Under the pieces are notes generated by a model, which made no database searches, was not told where the DNA came from, and saw only the letters and a list, made by a program, of their open reading frames with translations. Of a stretch of DNA of 60,173 nt, positions 46,527-56,374 are shown in pieces (within the stretch, counting starts at the first letter, position 1; each line of letters opens with the position of its first letter). The translations under genes were made by a program, and so were the position numbers. Origin of the DNA: Acidimicrobiia bacterium (GTDB lineage: Bacteria; Actinomycetota; Acidimicrobiia; IMCC26256; JACDBD01); assembly GCA_036498645.1 (NCBI GenBank), contig DASYFC010000026.1:1-60173 (forward strand), read 5' to 3'.

Positions 46527-46548
46527 CATGACGGTTGGTAACGTCATG
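46527..46548. promoter_or_regulatory. perfect 7-bp inverted repeat CATGACG-N8-CGTCATG in the comM/xerC divergent region
   Basis: It is seen directly in the sequence, in the 172-nt gap between the comM start (46407, minus) and the xerC start (46580, plus). Confidence 0.25.
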
Positions 46549-46579
46549 CGGCGGGTTGGGGAGAAGTCCGAGGTGCGGT

Positions 46580-47482
46580 GTGAGCTGGGCGGTCGACGAA
46601 TTCGTCGCTTCCCTGGCAGGAGCGAGCGGGCACACGGCTGAGGCCTATGCGCGCGATGTGCGGCAGTTCGTCGCGTGGGCCGAGCGCGGCGGTTGCGCGT
46701 CCCCCGACCAACTCGACCACACCACGCTGCGGCGCTACCTCGCATACCTGACGACGCGCCAGTTCGCTCGCCGGTCGATCGCCCGCAAGGCCGCGTCGCT
46801 TCGGTCCTATCTCCGGTACCTCCATCGTCGCGGCGTGATCGCGACGGACCCGGGCCGGTCGCTGCGGACGCCGAAGGGGGCGGCGCGTCTGCCCCGCGTA
46901 CCGCGGCAGGCGGAAGCCGGCGCCCTGCTCGACGCTGCCTCCGCTGCCGAGATCGAGGACGACGACGTCGCGGGGGCGGCAACGGCGTGGCGGGACCTCG
47001 CCGTGCTCGAGGTGCTCTACGGCGCGGGGCTGCGGGTGAGCGAGTGCTGCGGGCTCACGCTGGAGTCGGTCGACACGAGCCGCGGGTTCGTCACGGTGCT
47101 CGGCAAGGGCTCGAAGGAGCGTCGCGTGCCGCTCGGCGAGCCTGCCACGGCCGCTTTGCGCGGGTACCTCGCGCACGGGCGAGCCGAGCTCGTGACCGAG
47201 CGGACACCGCGCGACGCGGTCTTCCTCAACGCCCGGGGCCGGCGTCTCACCACCCGCGACGCGCGGCGCATCGTCGCCCGCCATCCGCTCCCCGACGGCC
47301 AGGCGCTCCATCCGCACGCGCTTCGCCATGCGTACGCGACGCACCTGCTCGAGCGGGGCGCCGATCTCCGGGCCGTGCAGGAGCTGCTCGGACACACAGA
47401 CCTCGCGACGACCCAGATCTATACGCACCTGACGCGCGAGCGCCTCCGAGCCGTCTACGACGCCACGCATCCCCGTGCCTGA
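46580..47482 (+). CDS. xerC: site-specific tyrosine recombinase XerC
   Basis: GTG 46580 follows GAGG. The N-terminal SAM-like domain ([20 protein letters not shown]) and catalytic residues (...GLRVSE...[38 protein letters not shown]) are present. Confidence 0.85.
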   Translation: MSWAVDEFVASLAGASGHTAEAYARDVRQFVAWAERGGCASPDQLDHTTLRRYLAYLTTRQFARRSIARKAASLRSYLRYLHRRGVIATDPGRSLRTPKGAARLPRVPRQAEAGALLDAASAAEIEDDDVAGAATAWRDLAVLEVLYGAGLRVSECCGLTLESVDTSRGFVTVLGKGSKERRVPLGEPATAALRGYLAHGRAELVTERTPRDAVFLNARGRRLTTRDARRIVARHPLPDGQALHPHALRHAYATHLLERGADLRAVQELLGHTDLATTQIYTHLTRERLRAVYDATHPRA

Positions 47483-48263
47483 AGACGCCGACGGCGACCC
47501 GGTCGCGGAGCTGTGGAGCGAGTACAAGCAACGTCACACATCCGACGCGCGCGAGCGACTGATCCTCCACTACGCGCCACTCGTGAAGTTCGTGGCGGGA
47601 CGGGTCGCGTCTGGTCTGCCGCAGAGCGTCGAACAGGCCGATCTCGTAAGCTACGGGATCTTCGGGCTCATCGACGCGATCGAGAAGTTCGATCCGTCGC
47701 GAGGCTTCAAGTTCGAGACCTATGCCATCGCGCGCGTCAAGGGCGCGATCATCGACGAGCTCCGCTCCTTCGACTGGGTCCCGCGCTCGGTCCGGGCCAA
47801 GGCGCGTGCCATCGAGCAGGCGTACTCGAAGCTCGAGAACGAGTTGCGGCGCACGCCCGACGACGCCGAGCTCGCCCACGAACTGGGGATGAGCGCGCGT
47901 GAGCTCACAGGAGCACTCTCGCAGATCTCGTTCGTCGGACTCGTCGCCCTCGACGAGATCCTGGCCGCCGGCGGCGAGCGACCGGGCCAGGCGATGGTCG
48001 GAGATCCAGACGCCGATCGTCTCCATGACCCGGTCGAGGCGTTCGAGGTCGACGAGATGAAGATGCTCCTCGCCGACGCGATCAACCGCGTCCCGGAGCG
48101 GGAACGACTCGTGCTCACGCTCTACTACTACGAGGGCCTCACGCTGTCCGAGATCGGCGACGTGCTCGGCGTGACCGAGAGCCGCGCCTGCCAGATCCAC
48201 ACCAAGGGCATCCTTCAGCTCCGCGGCCGGCTCGCCGCGCACGAAGGCGGCCGGGTCCGCTGA
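47475..48263 (+). CDS. whiG: FliA/WhiG-family RNA polymerase sigma factor
   Basis: Regions 2-4 are present: [13 protein letters not shown]..., [36 protein letters not shown] and [29 protein letters not shown]. The GTG start overlaps the xerC end by 8 nt. Confidence 0.85.
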   Translation: MPEDADGDPVAELWSEYKQRHTSDARERLILHYAPLVKFVAGRVASGLPQSVEQADLVSYGIFGLIDAIEKFDPSRGFKFETYAIARVKGAIIDELRSFDWVPRSVRAKARAIEQAYSKLENELRRTPDDAELAHELGMSARELTGALSQISFVGLVALDEILAAGGERPGQAMVGDPDADRLHDPVEAFEVDEMKMLLADAINRVPERERLVLTLYYYEGLTLSEIGDVLGVTESRACQIHTKGILQLRGRLAAHEGGRVR

Positions 48264-48315
48264 CGCCCCTCTCGTCGCCCTCGCCGCGGGCCTTTTCAGT
48301 GTCGTAGCCGGCCGG

Positions 48316-48321
48316 TACGAT
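48316..48321 (+). promoter_or_regulatory. putative -10 hexamer TACGAT upstream of the M23 peptidase gene
   Basis: This is the third occurrence of GGTACGATCC (48314-48323). TTTTCA lies 17 nt upstream as a weak -35. Confidence 0.3.
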
Positions 48322-48406
48322 CCCGGTTGTCACGTCGAGCACTGCTCCGTGACGCCTTCCCCGGCGCTTCCCCGTGTCTTGTCGTGCTCGACCCACGGGA
48401 GCGCCC

Positions 48407-50158
48407 ATGCACCTCGTACCACCGCGTCGCGATGCGTTGGTCTGCTTGCTCGTCTGCCTCGCCGCGTCGCCGCTGCTCGTCGGGCGCGACACGAGGGCGG
48501 CGACCGCCGCCCCGCCCCCGGAGCCCGACGGTTGCGGTGTGTGGATGCCGCCCGTCGACGGGCCGGTCGTGAGGGCCTTCCAAGCGCCGGCGTTCGCGTA
48601 CGGACCCGGCCATCGCGGCATCGACTTCGCGGCAACGGCGGGCACGCCGGTGCGGGCGTCGGGCGACGGTGTGGTTGCGTTCGCGGGGTCGGTCGCCGGG
48701 TCCTTGCACGTCGTCGTCGCGCACGACGGCAACCTCCGCACGACGTACGCATTCCTCGCCGGCGTCGGCGTGAGCGCTGGGGATCGCGTCACGCGCGGCC
48801 AGGTCGTCGGCACCGCCGGGGCAACCGGCCCCGGGCACGAGGCCGACGGGCTCCACTTCGGCGTCCGACTCGGCGACCGGTACGTCGACCCGCAGCGTCT
48901 CTTCGCCGCGTGCGATCTCACGCAGCTCGTCAGGCTCATCCCGGCCGACGAGGTGCCGGCCGAGCCCTGGGACGCACGGCGCGTGGCGTCCGGGTCCCTG
49001 ACTTCGGGCGGGTCGGGCGTCGCAACCGTCGCCGGCGACCTCGCCGGCGCACTCGGTGATGCCACCGGTGCTGCCGTCGACGTGGGGCGGAACGGGTGGG
49101 ACGCGATGAGCGGCGCGGCCGGAGCGGCGGCGGCCGGCGCTCGCGCGGTCGCGGGGGTCGGCGCGCGGGCCGGGCGCGGGCTTGTGGGCGTCGCGAGCAC
49201 GGCGGTCGGGCACACGCCTGCGGGGCTGGTCGCGTCGGTCGCGGCGGACATCGCCGCCGGTACGGCCGACTGGTGGCGCCACCGCCGGGAGTGCTCCGAC
49301 GGTGCCACCGCTGCCGACGGCACCGGAGGATCCGGCCACCTCCTCATGGCCGTGGGTGGCATCGACACTGCGGGCGCGCCCGATGAGCCGACGTTCGGCC
49401 TCGACACCCGCGCCCTCGGCTACCGCGACGACGAGGTCCGGTATTTCTCCTACGCGCCCGACGGCGGTGCGTACCGCGCCCCGCAGACGCACGGCGATCT
49501 CCAGCGAGCCGGCCTCCGCCTGGCCGAACAGCTGAAGCAGGCCCAACGCGAGCACCCGGGCCGCGAGGTCGACCTCATCGCGCACTCGCAAGGCGGAGTC
49601 GTCGTCGACGTGTTCCTGCAGGACCAGTACGACGCCGCCGATCCCGCGTACCCGCCCATCGGGACGGTGGTGACGCTGTCGTCCCCGCACGAGGGCGCGC
49701 CGCTGGCGACCGCAGCCGCCGACTGGCGCGCGAGCCCCGTCGGCCGGGCGCTGGTCGAAGCGGCGGAGGAGCGTCTGCCGGTCGCGCCGTCGTCGTCGGC
49801 GCCGTCGGTCCGCCAGCTCGATGAGCACTCACGCTTCCTCCGCGAACTGTGGGACGAGCGCCTGCCCGAGCACGTCGACTTCACGACAATCGGCGCGAGC
49901 GACGACGTGTTGGTCCCGGCAACGCAGGTCGACGTGCCCGACGCGACGAAGGTCGTCGTCGACGTCGGCGGCGGATTACTCGACGACCACGCCAACATCC
50001 CGCGCGACCCGGGCGCCCTCCGCGTCGTGCGCGCCGCGCTCGAGGGGCGGGCGCCTCCGTGTGTCGGGGTCGCGGAGGGGTTGCGCGGCGTCGTGGTCCC
50101 GACCCTCATCACGCGGGTCGAGCACGGCCTCGGCGAGTTGCCGGTGGTATCGAGATGA
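48407..50158 (+). CDS. secreted two-domain protein: N-terminal M23 (LytM-type) metallopeptidase fused to C-terminal lipase-like alpha/beta hydrolase
   Basis: ATG 48407 gives a signal-like LVCLLVCLAASPLL. The M23 motifs are GHRGIDFAA...GDGVVAF...GLHFGVRL. After a Gly/Ala-rich linker come the nucleophile elbow DLIAHSQGG, then GASDDVLVP and LLDDHANIP as candidate Asp and His. Confidence 0.8.
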   Translation: MHLVPPRRDALVCLLVCLAASPLLVGRDTRAATAAPPPEPDGCGVWMPPVDGPVVRAFQAPAFAYGPGHRGIDFAATAGTPVRASGDGVVAFAGSVAGSLHVVVAHDGNLRTTYAFLAGVGVSAGDRVTRGQVVGTAGATGPGHEADGLHFGVRLGDRYVDPQRLFAACDLTQLVRLIPADEVPAEPWDARRVASGSLTSGGSGVATVAGDLAGALGDATGAAVDVGRNGWDAMSGAAGAAAAGARAVAGVGARAGRGLVGVASTAVGHTPAGLVASVAADIAAGTADWWRHRRECSDGATAADGTGGSGHLLMAVGGIDTAGAPDEPTFGLDTRALGYRDDEVRYFSYAPDGGAYRAPQTHGDLQRAGLRLAEQLKQAQREHPGREVDLIAHSQGGVVVDVFLQDQYDAADPAYPPIGTVVTLSSPHEGAPLATAAADWRASPVGRALVEAAEERLPVAPSSSAPSVRQLDEHSRFLRELWDERLPEHVDFTTIGASDDVLVPATQVDVPDATKVVVDVGGGLLDDHANIPRDPGALRVVRAALEGRAPPCVGVAEGLRGVVVPTLITRVEHGLGELPVVSR

Positions 50159-51267
50159 GCGCCCGGCGTGTGCTGGCCGCGGCGACGGTCGTCATTGCGT
50201 TCGCCGGTTGTGCGCAGGCCGGACCGGGCAACGGGACCGCCGGCGGTTCCCGACGCGGGCGGGCGTGGTCGACGGAGGTCGGCTGGCCGTTCTCGCTCGC
50301 GGTCCGCGGGCGCGACGTCGTCGTCACCGTCGGCGGCAATCGGGTCGTGGCCCTCGACGGCGCGACCGGGCGCGAGCGGTGGCGCACCGACGTGACGCGC
50401 GTGACCCACTACGAACCCGCGCTGGACGGTCGCATCGTGTTGGTGAGCGCGGACGACCGGTTCATCGGACTTACGCGCGCGTCAGGGGCGCGTCGGTGGG
50501 AGGCGCCCGTCGGCGAGCACGCCGGCGGCGCGGTGCTCACCCGGGTGGGCTCCGAACCGATCGCGCTCGTGACCACCGAGCGCGGCCTGGTCGCCGCCCT
50601 CGACGTCCGCTCGGGCCAGGCCCGTTGGTCGGTGCAGCTGCCCGGCGACATCTGGGCCGCACCCGCCGCCGGCGCGGCCGAGACCGACGCCGTGGGCGCC
50701 GTGCTCTGGGCCGCCGCCGGAAGCGAAGCCGTGAACCGCCTGCGCGTCTTCGACCTCGCGACCGGGGCCGTGCGATGGGAGTCGGGCGTCGCGGCGGGAT
50801 CGACTGCGCCGGTGATCCACGACGGCCTGGTCGTGCTGGGCGAGGGGAACGGCAACTTCGCGGCACGCGTCGTCGCCCGCGACCTCGCTTCCGGCGCCGA
50901 ACGCTGGTCCGTGCCGGCGCCCGCGTCGTTCGAGTCGGGGGTCACACCCGGCGCCCGAGGCGACGACGTCGTCGTGTCCGATCACTTCGGGACGGTCACG
51001 CTCGTCGACACTCGTACGGGCAAACCGCGGTGGCAGACCGCAATCCGCGAGCCGATCCTCGACACTCGGGTGGTGCTCGGCGCACACACCGTCGTCATCA
51101 GGACGTACGGCGGCAAGGTGGTGGTCGTCGATCGGGACTCGGGCCGGATCATCCGGCGCGTCGACCCCGCCGGGTTCCCGGTCGGGGCCGGCACGAGCGC
51201 CGGTCGGCTGATCTTCGCCGTGCGACTCGCTCGGCCCGACCGGGTGGAGGCCTTTGCGATGCCCTGA
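50155..51267 (+). CDS. PQQ-like (BamB-type) beta-propeller repeat lipoprotein
   Basis: ATG 50155 overlaps the upstream stop (ATGA). A lipobox VIAFAGC is present, with repeated ...G..RW... blades (GRERWRTDV, GARRWEAPV, GQARWSVQL, GAVRWESGV, GAERWSVPA, GKPRWQTAI). Confidence 0.8.
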   Translation: MSARRVLAAATVVIAFAGCAQAGPGNGTAGGSRRGRAWSTEVGWPFSLAVRGRDVVVTVGGNRVVALDGATGRERWRTDVTRVTHYEPALDGRIVLVSADDRFIGLTRASGARRWEAPVGEHAGGAVLTRVGSEPIALVTTERGLVAALDVRSGQARWSVQLPGDIWAAPAAGAAETDAVGAVLWAAAGSEAVNRLRVFDLATGAVRWESGVAAGSTAPVIHDGLVVLGEGNGNFAARVVARDLASGAERWSVPAPASFESGVTPGARGDDVVVSDHFGTVTLVDTRTGKPRWQTAIREPILDTRVVLGAHTVVIRTYGGKVVVVDRDSGRIIRRVDPAGFPVGAGTSAGRLIFAVRLARPDRVEAFAMP

Positions 51268-51382
51268 CCTACACTGAAGACAACTCGGGCCCCGATCCGA
51301 GAATTCGCACGTCCGCTACCCACGGTCGTCCGTCCTCAGGGACGGGCGCGGCGGGCCGAGGTACAACCGAGGGAGAGACCCC

Positions 51383-52339
51383 GTGGCTGTCGTCACCATG
51401 AAGCAGCTGCTGGAGGCCGGCGTCCATTTCGGCCACCAGACGCGCCGTTGGAACCCGAAGATGCGCCGTTTCATCTTCGGCGAGCGCAACGGCATCTACA
51501 TCATCGATCTGCAGCAGACCCTCGAGCGGATCGACGCCGCCTACCGGTTCATCCGCGGCGCCGTCGAGGAGGGCGGGACGGTCCTGTTCGTCGGCACGAA
51601 GAAGCAGGCGCAGGAGCCGATCCAGGAGCAGGCCCAGCGCAGCGGCCAGCCCTACGTCAACTACCGCTGGCTGGGCGGGTCGCTCACGAACTTCCAGACC
51701 GTCCACTCGCGCGTGTCGCAGCTGCGCGAGCTGGAGCGCCTCGTCCAGTCGGGCGAGACGGCCCAGATGCCGAAGAAGGAAGCGCTGAAGATCACGCGGG
51801 ACCTCACGAAGCTCCAACGCAACCTCGGCGGCATCCGCAACCTCGAGAGGCTGCCGAACGCGATCTTCGTGATCGACACCAAGAAGGAGCACATCGCGGT
51901 GACGGAGGCCAACCGCCTCGGCATCCCGGTCGTCGCCGTGGTCGACACGAACTGTGACCCGGACGTCATCGACTACGTCATTCCCGGCAACGACGACGCC
52001 ATCCGCTCCGCCGCGCTCATGAGCCGCGTGGTCGCCGACGCCGTCGAGGAAGGCCGGGTCCTCGCACAGAAGAAGGGCGGGAAGCCAGCCGCCAAGGCCG
52101 AGGAGCAGGCACCGCCGCCCGATCCCGAGGAGGAGCGCCGCAAGGCCGACGAGCAGCGCCGCGCCCGCGGTGAAGCGGCCAAGGCTCAGGAGCAGCGCGA
52201 GGCGCGTCTCCGCGACGCCAAGCGGAAGCCCCCGCCGCCGCCCCCCGACACGACAGGCGACGGGGCATCCGAGAGCCCGCCCGCCGAAGCGGAGGCCGTC
52301 GAGGCCACGACCGAGAGCGGAGGCGGGAGCAATGGCTGA
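51383..52339 (+). CDS. rpsB: 30S ribosomal protein S2 (with charged C-terminal extension)
   Basis: GTG start gives [27 protein letters not shown]. Confidence 0.95.
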   Translation: MAVVTMKQLLEAGVHFGHQTRRWNPKMRRFIFGERNGIYIIDLQQTLERIDAAYRFIRGAVEEGGTVLFVGTKKQAQEPIQEQAQRSGQPYVNYRWLGGSLTNFQTVHSRVSQLRELERLVQSGETAQMPKKEALKITRDLTKLQRNLGGIRNLERLPNAIFVIDTKKEHIAVTEANRLGIPVVAVVDTNCDPDVIDYVIPGNDDAIRSAALMSRVVADAVEEGRVLAQKKGGKPAAKAEEQAPPPDPEEERRKADEQRRARGEAAKAQEQREARLRDAKRKPPPPPPDTTGDGASESPPAEAEAVEATTESGGGSNG

Positions 52340-53177
52340 GATCTCGGCAAAGGACATCGCCGCGTTGCGCAAGCAGACCGGCGCCGGGATGCTCGACTGC
52401 CGGACAGCCCTCCAGGAGACGGGCGGCGACATCGAGGCGGCCAAGGACTGGCTTCGCACCAAGGGACTCGCCGGCGCCGCCAAGCGCGCGGGGCGGGAAG
52501 CACAGGACGGCGCGGTCGAGGTGACCGTCGAGGGCGACGTGGGCGCGATCGTCGAACTGAACTGCGAGACCGACTTCGTCGCTAAAGGGGCGGACTTCCG
52601 CTCCATGGTCGCCGCGCTCGCGACAATCGTCGCCGAACAGGGCGACGACGATCTCGAGAATCGCGCCTACGAGGGTGGGTCGGTCGGCGACGCGGTCAAG
52701 CAACTCGGCGCCACTCTGGGCGAGAACGTCGGGATCGGTCGTGTCGCGCGCATCGAGTCCGCCGACGGGATCGTCGACGGGTACAAGCACGTCCAGAACG
52801 AGCGCGGGACCATCGGCGTCCTCGTCGAGCTGGGCGGCGTCGACGCGTCCGACGCGCCCGCCCAGGAGGTCGCGCACGATGTCGCGTTGCACACCGCGTC
52901 GGCCGCGCCGCAGTACATCACGCGCGACGATGTCCCTGCCGACGTCATCGAGAAGGAGCGGGCCGTGCTCGAGGAGCTCACCCGTAACGAGGGGAAGCCC
53001 GAGCAGGCGCTCCCGAAGATCGTCGAGGGGCGGCTGAACGGCTTCTACAAGAGCACGGTGCTCGTCGAACAGCCCTTCGTCCGTGACCCGAAGACCACCG
53101 TCGGCAAGCTGGTCGGCGAGCTCGGCAAGGATGCGACCATCCGCCGGTTCGTTCGGATCCAGGTCGGCGCCGAATAG
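52332..53177 (+). CDS. tsf: translation elongation factor Ts
   Basis: ATG 52332 overlaps the rpsB end by 8 nt. The protein starts [37 protein letters not shown]. Confidence 0.95.
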   Translation: MAEISAKDIAALRKQTGAGMLDCRTALQETGGDIEAAKDWLRTKGLAGAAKRAGREAQDGAVEVTVEGDVGAIVELNCETDFVAKGADFRSMVAALATIVAEQGDDDLENRAYEGGSVGDAVKQLGATLGENVGIGRVARIESADGIVDGYKHVQNERGTIGVLVELGGVDASDAPAQEVAHDVALHTASAAPQYITRDDVPADVIEKERAVLEELTRNEGKPEQALPKIVEGRLNGFYKSTVLVEQPFVRDPKTTVGKLVGELGKDATIRRFVRIQVGAE

Positions 53178-53218
53178 GCCACGGGTCCGGCCGCCGAGAG
53201 AAAGCGTAGGGAGACGCG

Positions 53219-53971
53219 TTGGGGGAGGCATCCCGGTACGACCGGGTGGTGCTGAAGCTCTCCGGTGAGGTGTTCGCCGACACGACCACGAGCTCGGGGA
53301 TCGACGCCGCCGTCGTCCAGCGCATCGCCGAAGAGGTCTCGGCCGCGAACACCGAGCTCGGCGTCGAGATCGCGGTGGTCGTCGGCGGCGGCAACATCTT
53401 CCGCGGCATGCCCGGCGCCGAGCGCGGCATGGACCGGGCCCGAGCCGACTACATGGGCATGCTGGCGACCGTCATCAACGCGCTGGCGTTGCAAGACGCG
53501 CTCGAAGGAGTGGGGCAACCGACGCGCGTCCAGACCGCGATCACGATGGCCCAGGTCGCAGAGCCGTACATCCCCCGGCGCGCCATCCGCCACCTCGAGA
53601 AGGGGCGGGTGGTCGTCTTCGCCGCCGGGACGGGCAACCCCTACTTCACGACCGACACCACCGCCGCGCTGCGGGCCGCCGAGATCGGTGCCGCCGCCAT
53701 CCTCAAGGGCACGCATTCGGGGGTCGACGGGGTCTACAGCGCCGACCCACGTCTTGACCCCGAGGCGGTCAAGCTGACGCACGTGAGCCACTTCGAGGTG
53801 CTGAACCGACGCCTCCAGGTCATGGACTCGACGGCGATCACGTTCTGCATGGACAACGAGCTGCCGATCATCGTGTTCGACGTGAGCGCGCCCGGGAACA
53901 TCCACCGGGCCCTGGTCGGGGAGCCGATCGGGACGCTGGTCAGCTCCGAGACGGCCGAGACGAGGCGATGA
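53219..53971 (+). CDS. pyrH: UMP kinase
   Basis: TTG start follows [24 protein letters not shown] and [11 protein letters not shown] are present. Confidence 0.95.
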   Translation: MGEASRYDRVVLKLSGEVFADTTTSSGIDAAVVQRIAEEVSAANTELGVEIAVVVGGGNIFRGMPGAERGMDRARADYMGMLATVINALALQDALEGVGQPTRVQTAITMAQVAEPYIPRRAIRHLEKGRVVVFAAGTGNPYFTTDTTAALRAAEIGAAAILKGTHSGVDGVYSADPRLDPEAVKLTHVSHFEVLNRRLQVMDSTAITFCMDNELPIIVFDVSAPGNIHRALVGEPIGTLVSSETAETRR

Positions 53972-53983
53972 GGCGCGAGCGCG

Positions 53984-54562
53984 ATGGCTGACACCGGCGA
54001 CGAGATGCGCACGCTCGTGTTCGACGAGTGCCGCGACAAGATGCACAAGGCAGTCGCGCACCTCCAAGAGGAGTTCGGCGGGATCCGCACCGGCCGGGCG
54101 ACACCCGGTCTCGTCGAGAAGATCAAAGTCGACGCGTACGGTTCCGAGGTCCCGCTACAGCAGCTCGCCGGCATCAGCGTGCCCGAGCCACGCCTCCTCG
54201 TCATCTCTCCTTACGACAAGGGATCGATGAAGGCGATCGAGAAGGCAATCCAGGCGAGCGACCTCGGGATCAATCCGTCCAACGACGGGCAGGTCGTGCG
54301 GCTGGTGTTCCCGGCACTGACCGAGGAACGGCGCCGTGATCTCGTCAAGGTCGTCAAGAACCGCGGCGAGGAGGCGCGGGTGGCGGTGCGCAACATCCGC
54401 CGGCAGGCGCGTCACGACCTCGAAGCGCTCGAGAAGGACGGCGACATCTCGAAGAACGACCTCGACCGGGCCGAGAAGGACCTCGAGAAGATCACGCACA
54501 CGACCATCGAGGAGATCGACGACATGCTTGAGCACAAGGAACGGGAGCTGCTCGAAGTCTGA
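53984..54562 (+). CDS. frr: ribosome recycling factor
   Basis: The pattern is ...LQEEFGGIRTGRATPGLVEKIKVDAYG...ERRRDLVK... Confidence 0.95.
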   Translation: MADTGDEMRTLVFDECRDKMHKAVAHLQEEFGGIRTGRATPGLVEKIKVDAYGSEVPLQQLAGISVPEPRLLVISPYDKGSMKAIEKAIQASDLGINPSNDGQVVRLVFPALTEERRRDLVKVVKNRGEEARVAVRNIRRQARHDLEALEKDGDISKNDLDRAEKDLEKITHTTIEEIDDMLEHKERELLEV

Positions 54563-54563
54563 T

Positions 54564-54615
54564 TGTCGCCGTCGCAGGCTCCGGCTTTGCGGCGGCGGTC
54601 GGCCAAGCCGCCGCC
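54564..54615 (-). repeat. intergenic hairpin repeat, copy D (inverted orientation relative to copies A-C)
   Basis: The reverse complement GGCGGCGGCTTGGCCGACCGCCGCCGCAAAGCCGGAGCCTGCGACGGCGACAA aligns with copies A-C. On the plus (transcribed) strand it forms 14 contiguous pairs (54565-54578/54586-54599), 5 of them G-U. It starts 2 nt after the frr stop. Confidence 0.6.
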
Positions 54616-54775
54616 ACCGCGGTCTGACGGCGCGGTCGCAGCCGGCGTGGGGACGCCCGCCGCCAGCCGGCGGCGAGGGCGGCGTCGGGCGCGACCCCCG
54701 CGATCGGCCGGCCGCCGGGATACACGACCCCGGGAGGGCAAGGGTCTAGCCTGGTCTCGGACCGGAAGGGGTGCC

Positions 54776-56374
54776 GTGTCCGACTGGCGCAACGATCACG
54801 AGCGGGATCAGCTCGGTTTCGAAGACGAAGAGCAGACAGTGCTGCGCGGTGAGAGCGAAGGCGTGCGCGTGCTCGGGCCCGACGACGACGAGTCGACACG
54901 GCCCACGCCCCGACCCGCGCCACGCCGCGGTCAGCGCGCCGTCGACGACTCCGAGGAGTTCTGGGGCGAGCGCGCGACTGACTTCGAGTTCGAAGGGGAC
55001 CCGACGTGGTCTGCTTCGTCGCAAGGTCTGACGGAGTCCGAGACGGAGTCCGAGCGCGAGTCCGAGTCACAGCCGCGATCGCGCCGCGCCAAGCGCGCCG
55101 CGCGCCGTGCCAAGACTGCAACGCCGCCGCCCGAGTCGCGCCGGCGGCCGGAGCCGCCCCCGGACGCGAGCAGCCCGGCGCGCCTCCCGCACTGGACCGA
55201 GCCGCCGACGGGCGAGGTGCCGACGGTCGTCTCGGGCGAACAGGCCGCCACCGCGCCTGACGAGGAGCTCGACCCCTGGAAGTCGGCGAGCGGACAGTCG
55301 CCCCGCTATCGGGTCGAGGACAGCGACTGGGCCGAGGGTGACTTCTCGAGCCCCGAGATGCTCAAGGACGACTCCCTGGCCCTCGGCGCGCTGCGTGATC
55401 GCGACCTTCCAGAAGCTGACGACGCCGATGACGACGACGCCTTCGAGGCTGAGGTGGCAGCTCGCAGGCGCGGAGGCAACGGCCGCCGCCGACAGAAGCG
55501 GCGCACGCGGCCCCCCGGCACCCTCGAGGAAGCAGAGCCTGCCGTCCCGACCGAGTCGCACGGGCCGCCCGCCGACCTCATGACTCGCCTGCTCACCGGG
55601 ATCGCGATCGCGGTCGTGGCCCTGATCATGCTCAAGCTCGGAACGGGGCCGGCCACGTTCATGGTGGCGGTGATCGTCGGCGCTGCCGCCTTCGAGCTCT
55701 ACGAGGCGTTCCGCCGGGTCGGTTACCACCCCGCCACGGTGATCGGGCTCCTCGGATGCCTGTCGATCGTGGGCATCGCCTACAGCAAGGGCATCGACGC
55801 CTTCCCGCTGGTGGCGATCCTGGTCGTCGCGTTCACGATGCTCTGGTACATGCTCGAGGTGGTCAAGGCCCGCCCGATCGTCAACATCGCGATCACACTC
55901 TTCGGGTTCGGGTACATCGGGATCTTCGGCGCGTTCGCCGGTCTCCTGCTCAGCGCGCGCGACGGCACCGGATTGATCATCGGCCTCGCCGCGTGCGCGA
56001 TCGGGTACGACGTGTTCGGCTACTTCATCGGGTCGCAGTTCGGACGCAGCCGCATGTCTCCCCGCCTGTCGCCGAACAAGACCTGGGAGGGCCTGTTCGG
56101 CGGGATGGTCGCGGCCATCGTGATCGGCGGGATCATCGGCACGACGCTCGCTCCGTGGAACGGCAAGGTGACGCACGGCCTCGCGCTCGGTCTGGTCGTC
56201 GCGATCCTCGCCCCGATCGGTGACCTGTGCGAGTCGATGATCAAGCGCGACCTCGGCGTCAAGGACCTCGGCACGCTGCTCCCCGGGCACGGCGGAGTCC
56301 TCGACCGGTTCGACGCCATGCTGTTCTGTCTCCCGGCCGTCTACTACCTGGCCATCCAACTCAAGATCGGATGA
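54776..56374 (+). CDS. cdsA: phosphatidate cytidylyltransferase with ~270-aa acidic low-complexity N-terminal extension
   Basis: GTG 54776 follows GGAAGGGG. The C-terminal 260 aa form a multi-TM CdsA core with SPNKTWEG and GDLCESMIKRDLGVKD..LPGHGGVLDRFD. The N-terminal part is Asp/Glu/Ser/Pro-rich. Confidence 0.85.
   Translation: MSDWRNDHERDQLGFEDEEQTVLRGESEGVRVLGPDDDESTRPTPRPAPRRGQRAVDDSEEFWGERATDFEFEGDPTWSASSQGLTESETESERESESQPRSRRAKRAARRAKTATPPPESRRRPEPPPDASSPARLPHWTEPPTGEVPTVVSGEQAATAPDEELDPWKSASGQSPRYRVEDSDWAEGDFSSPEMLKDDSLALGALRDRDLPEADDADDDDAFEAEVAARRRGGNGRRRQKRRTRPPGTLEEAEPAVPTESHGPPADLMTRLLTGIAIAVVALIMLKLGTGPATFMVAVIVGAAAFELYEAFRRVGYHPATVIGLLGCLSIVGIAYSKGIDAFPLVAILVVAFTMLWYMLEVVKARPIVNIAITLFGFGYIGIFGAFAGLLLSARDGTGLIIGLAACAIGYDVFGYFIGSQFGRSRMSPRLSPNKTWEGLFGGMVAAIVIGGIIGTTLAPWNGKVTHGLALGLVVAILAPIGDLCESMIKRDLGVKDLGTLLPGHGGVLDRFDAMLFCLPAVYYLAIQLKIG

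Noticed and set aside
46580-47482. Tyrosine recombinase as the integrase of an integrated mobile element.
   Set aside because: It sits in the conserved chromosomal xerC position (dprA ... xerC ... rpsB). There is no adjacent tRNA, no direct repeats and no phage or conjugation genes.
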